Assembly: GCF_048593235.1 (NCBI RefSeq)
Contig: NC_133619.1
Location: forward strand, 649,614,558 to 649,678,557
Source: Sminthopsis crassicaudata
Lineage: Eukaryota
Direction: 5' to 3'
DNA: 64,000 nucleotides
The first letter of the stretch is position 1. The number at the start of each line of letters is the position of its first letter. Below the pieces are notes generated by a model, which did no database searches, was not told where the DNA came from, and worked only from the letters and a program-made list of their open reading frames with translations. Made by a program: the position numbers and the translations under genes. Below are positions 61,301 to 64,000 of this stretch, piece after piece.

Positions 61301-63498
61301 ACGGATTTTCCCCAAGGGATCCGGGAATGTCGGGAGCCCGAACTGGGGCTCGAGGAGCTTCTGCGCCATCGGTGTCAGCTGCTGCAGCAGCATGAGGAGT
61401 ACCAGGTACTGGGGCTGCTCCTGGGAGACCCCAGGGCCCAGCTGACCCTGCCAGGCTGGCCTCCTTGGGGGGCACGAGGGATGGGGTGGGACCTGGCCTG
61501 CAGCCCTAGGGGTTCTAGCTCAAAGGGTTCAGAACTTTTGCTCTAAGGGGTCTCCCAGTTCTCCATGTGTGGGCTGTGGGGAGGTGCCCTGGCCTCAGGT
61601 GAGGACAGCTCCCCAAACCCACAGGAGCCAGGGCAAGGCCGAGATGAGACCCCCTGGGGGCCAAGAGGGGGCCGTCTAGGGAGTGTAGCCCCTTCCTTGT
61701 AGAGAATTCCCCCTGGACAGTGTAGAAGGGCCCCCGGGGGGGGGGTGTAGAGTGCTCCCCCTGGACAGTGTACAAGGACCCCTGGGGGTGTAAAGTTGTA
61801 AAGTGCTCCCCCTGGACAGTGTACAAGGGCCCCCGGGGGGTATAGAGTGCTCCCCCTGGGGGTGTAGAGTGCTCCCCCTGAGCAGTGTAGAGTGCTCCCC
61901 CTGGGCAGTGAAGGGCCCCCGGGGGGTGTAAAATGCTCCCCCTGGACAGTGTAGAAGGGCCCCCGGGGGGTGTAAAATGCTCCCCCTGGACAGTGTACAA
62001 GGGCCCCTGGGGGGTGTAAAATGCTCCCCCTGGACAGTGTAGAAGGGCCCCCGGGGGGTGTAAAATGCTCCCCCTGGACAGTGTACAAGGGCCCCTGGGG
62101 GGTGTAAAATGCTCCCCCTGGACTGTGTACAAGGGCCCCCAGGGGGGGGGTTGTAGAGTGCTCCCCCTGGACAGTGTACAAGGGCCCCGGGGGGGGGGTG
62201 TAAAGTGCTCCCCCTGGGCAGTGAAGGGCCCCCTGGGAGGTGTAAAGTGCCCCCCCCTGAACAGTGTAGAAGGGCCACAGGGGGGTATAAAGTGCTCCCC
62301 CTGGACAGTGTACAAGGACCCCTGGGGCTGTAAAGTGCTCCCCCTGGACAGTGTACAAGAGCCCCCCGGGGGGTATAGAGTGCTCCCCCTGGGGGTGTAG
62401 AGTGCTCCCCCTGAGCAGTGTAGAGTGCTCCCCCTGGGCAGTGAAGGGCCCCCTGGGGGGTGTAAAGTGCTCCCCCTGGACAGTGTAGAAGGGCCCCCGG
62501 GGGGTGTAAAATGCTCCCCCTGGACTGTGTACAAGGGCCCCCGGGGGGGGGGTTGTAGAGTGTTCCCCCTGGACAGTGTACAAGGGCCCCGGGGGGGGGG
62601 TATGTAAAATGCTCCCCCTGGACAGTGTACAAGGCCCCCCTAGGGGGTGTAAAGTGCTCCCCCTGGGCAGTGAAGGGCCCCCTGGGGGGTGTAAAGTGCT
62701 CCCCCTGGACTGTGTACAAGGGCCCCCGGGGGGGGGGGGTTGTAGAGTGTTCCCCCTGGACAGTGTACAAGGGCCCCGGGGGGGGGTGTGTGTGTGTAAA
62801 ATGCTCCCCCTGGACAGTGTACAAGGCCCCCCTAGGGGGTGTAAAGTGCTCCCCCTGGGCAGTGAAGGGCCCCCTGGGGGGTGTAAAGTGCTCCCCCTGG
62901 GGGGTGTAAAGTGCTCCCCCTGGGCAGTGAAGGGCCCCCTGGGGGGTGTAAAGTGCTCCCCCTGAGCAGTGTAGAAGGGCCCCAGGGGGGTATAAAGTGC
63001 TCCCCCTGGACAGTGTACAAGGACCCCTGGGGGTGTAAAGTGCTCCCCCTGGACAGTGTACAAGAGCCCCCCCGGGGGGTATAGAGTGCTCCCCCTGGGG
63101 GGTGTAGAGTGCTCCCCCTGAGCAGTGTAGAGTGCTCCCCCTGGGCAGTGAAGGGCCCCCTGGGGGGTGTAAAGTGCTCCCCCTGAGCAGTGTAGAAAGG
63201 CCCCAGGGGGGTATAAAGTGCTCCCCCTGGACAGTGTACAAGAGCCCCTGGGGGTTGAGTAGTCCCCTTGGACAGTGTACAAGGGCCCCTGGGGGTGTAG
63301 AGTGCTCCCTCTGGGCAGTGTACAAGGACCCCTGGGGCGATCTTGGGCCACTCAGGAAGGAGGGGGTGCCTAAGCCCTGCCCCCCCCCGGGGCACCCCTC
63401 AGGCCTTCCCCCCCTCCTGCCAGGAGGAGCTGGAATTCTGTGAAAAGCTGCTCCAGGCCTGCTTCTCGTCCCCCACGGACGACAGCATGGACCGCTGA
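58384..63498 (+). CDS. HSPBP1: Hsp70-binding protein 1 (nucleotide exchange factor, 351 aa); exons 58384-58569, 58682-58886, 59503-59727, 60707-60862, 61070-61166, 61294-61405, 63424-63498
   Basis: MADPGSGGNRLPLALPP...EPMTEE/RRQWLQEAMSAAFRG...DLCENMDNAA/DFCQLSGMHLLVGRYLE.../CLVREQEAGLLQFLRLDGFSVL.../GTLCSMGMVQQLV.../GLVTDFPQGIRECREPEL.../EELEFCEKLLQACFSSPTDDSMDR*. All introns are GT-AG and in phase, and AATAAA lies at 63688-63693. Confidence 0.98.
61699..63337. repeat. Complex minisatellite (~36-40-bp units GTAAAGTGCTCCCCCTGGACAGTGTACAAGGGCCCCCGGGGGGT plus shorter variants) filling HSPBP1's last intron
   Basis: Directly visible, with multi-unit blocks repeated. Confidence 0.97.
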
Positions 63499-63789
63499 AC
63501 GCCGGGGAGGGACCCCCAGCGCTGGAGCCCCGCCCGGCCACCACTCCTCTCCCGCAGCCTGCCGGCCGAGCCCGCGGCGGGGGGCCGAGGCAGCCTGGGC
63601 GCCGGCCCGGGGCGGCGAGAAGCCCCCTGCGGACCCCCTGCCCCCCCTTGCTGTGCGTGCCCACCCCCTTCCGGGCTCTGCCTTGGCAATAAAGGTGTTT
63701 CCCCTGTGCCCGAGTGCCTCGTCTGTGTGCTGGGCCGTGGGGGACCTGGGGCTGTACCCCGCTTAGGTGAGGGAGCCGGTGATCCTGCG

Positions 63790-64000
63790 TCACCCTGGGG
63801 CTCGGAACAGTCTCGAGGAGGAGGTGGGGAAGGCGGGGCAGGATTGCAGATTGGGAGAGGGCGGTGGATAGGTGCCAGCCCGGGTGTCGGAACTTTACGC
63901 ATGCGTGCCCCTTTCCGAAAAGGTGGGGGTGGCGGAATGAGGGAGTGGGACAAGGGTGTAGAGCGTCTGCGCAGCATTGGAGCTTGGTGTTTTAAACAGC
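63790..64000. promoter_or_regulatory. Start of a CpG-rich promoter-like region for the next gene (PPP6R1 expected by synteny; not visible here)
   Basis: CpG-rich, with an NRF1-like palindrome ACGCATGCGT at 63897-63906 and an adjacent CGGAA. The gene identity is inference only. Confidence 0.35.

Noticed and set aside
61515-63793. ORFs of 339-705 aa on the minus strand
   Set aside because: They are translations of the HSPBP1 intronic minisatellite, with repetitive peptide in all frames.

Overview
Eukaryotic, GC-rich, gene-dense vertebrate DNA, almost certainly from a marsupial and probably an Australian dasyurid-like species. The evidence is WSINE1/MAR1-type tRNA-derived CORE-SINEs, marsupial-type L1 3' ends, an RTE fragment and a Tigger1-like element. 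It is the orthologue of part of human 19q13.42. Seven spliced protein-coding genes can be reconstructed by hand from splice signals: TMEM238(-), RPL28(+), UBE2S(-), SHISA7(-), ISOC2(-), a C19orf85-like gene(-) and HSPBP1(+). Roughly 13-22 kb and 37-57 kb are mostly transposon remnants, and six G-rich or TE-derived minisatellites are present. There are no prokaryotic features, CRISPR arrays, rRNA genes or tRNA genes. I found no clearly new multi-gene system. The most notable observations are: (1) a C19orf85 orthologue with intact ORF and exon structure but an eroded core motif; (2) a 66-nt cassette exon in SHISA7; (3) HSPBP1 next to C19orf85, implying an inversion relative to human; (4) two dense RFX X-box clusters, one next to TATA/polyA signals that may mark an unannotated transcript; (5) an out-of-frame uORF overlapping the HSPBP1 start; (6) a +1 G frameshift in UBE2S exon 2, probably an assembly homopolymer error; (7) a young minisatellite built from an ancient L2 3' end. 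All comparisons to human or mouse proteins and repeat consensus sequences are from memory and need database confirmation.
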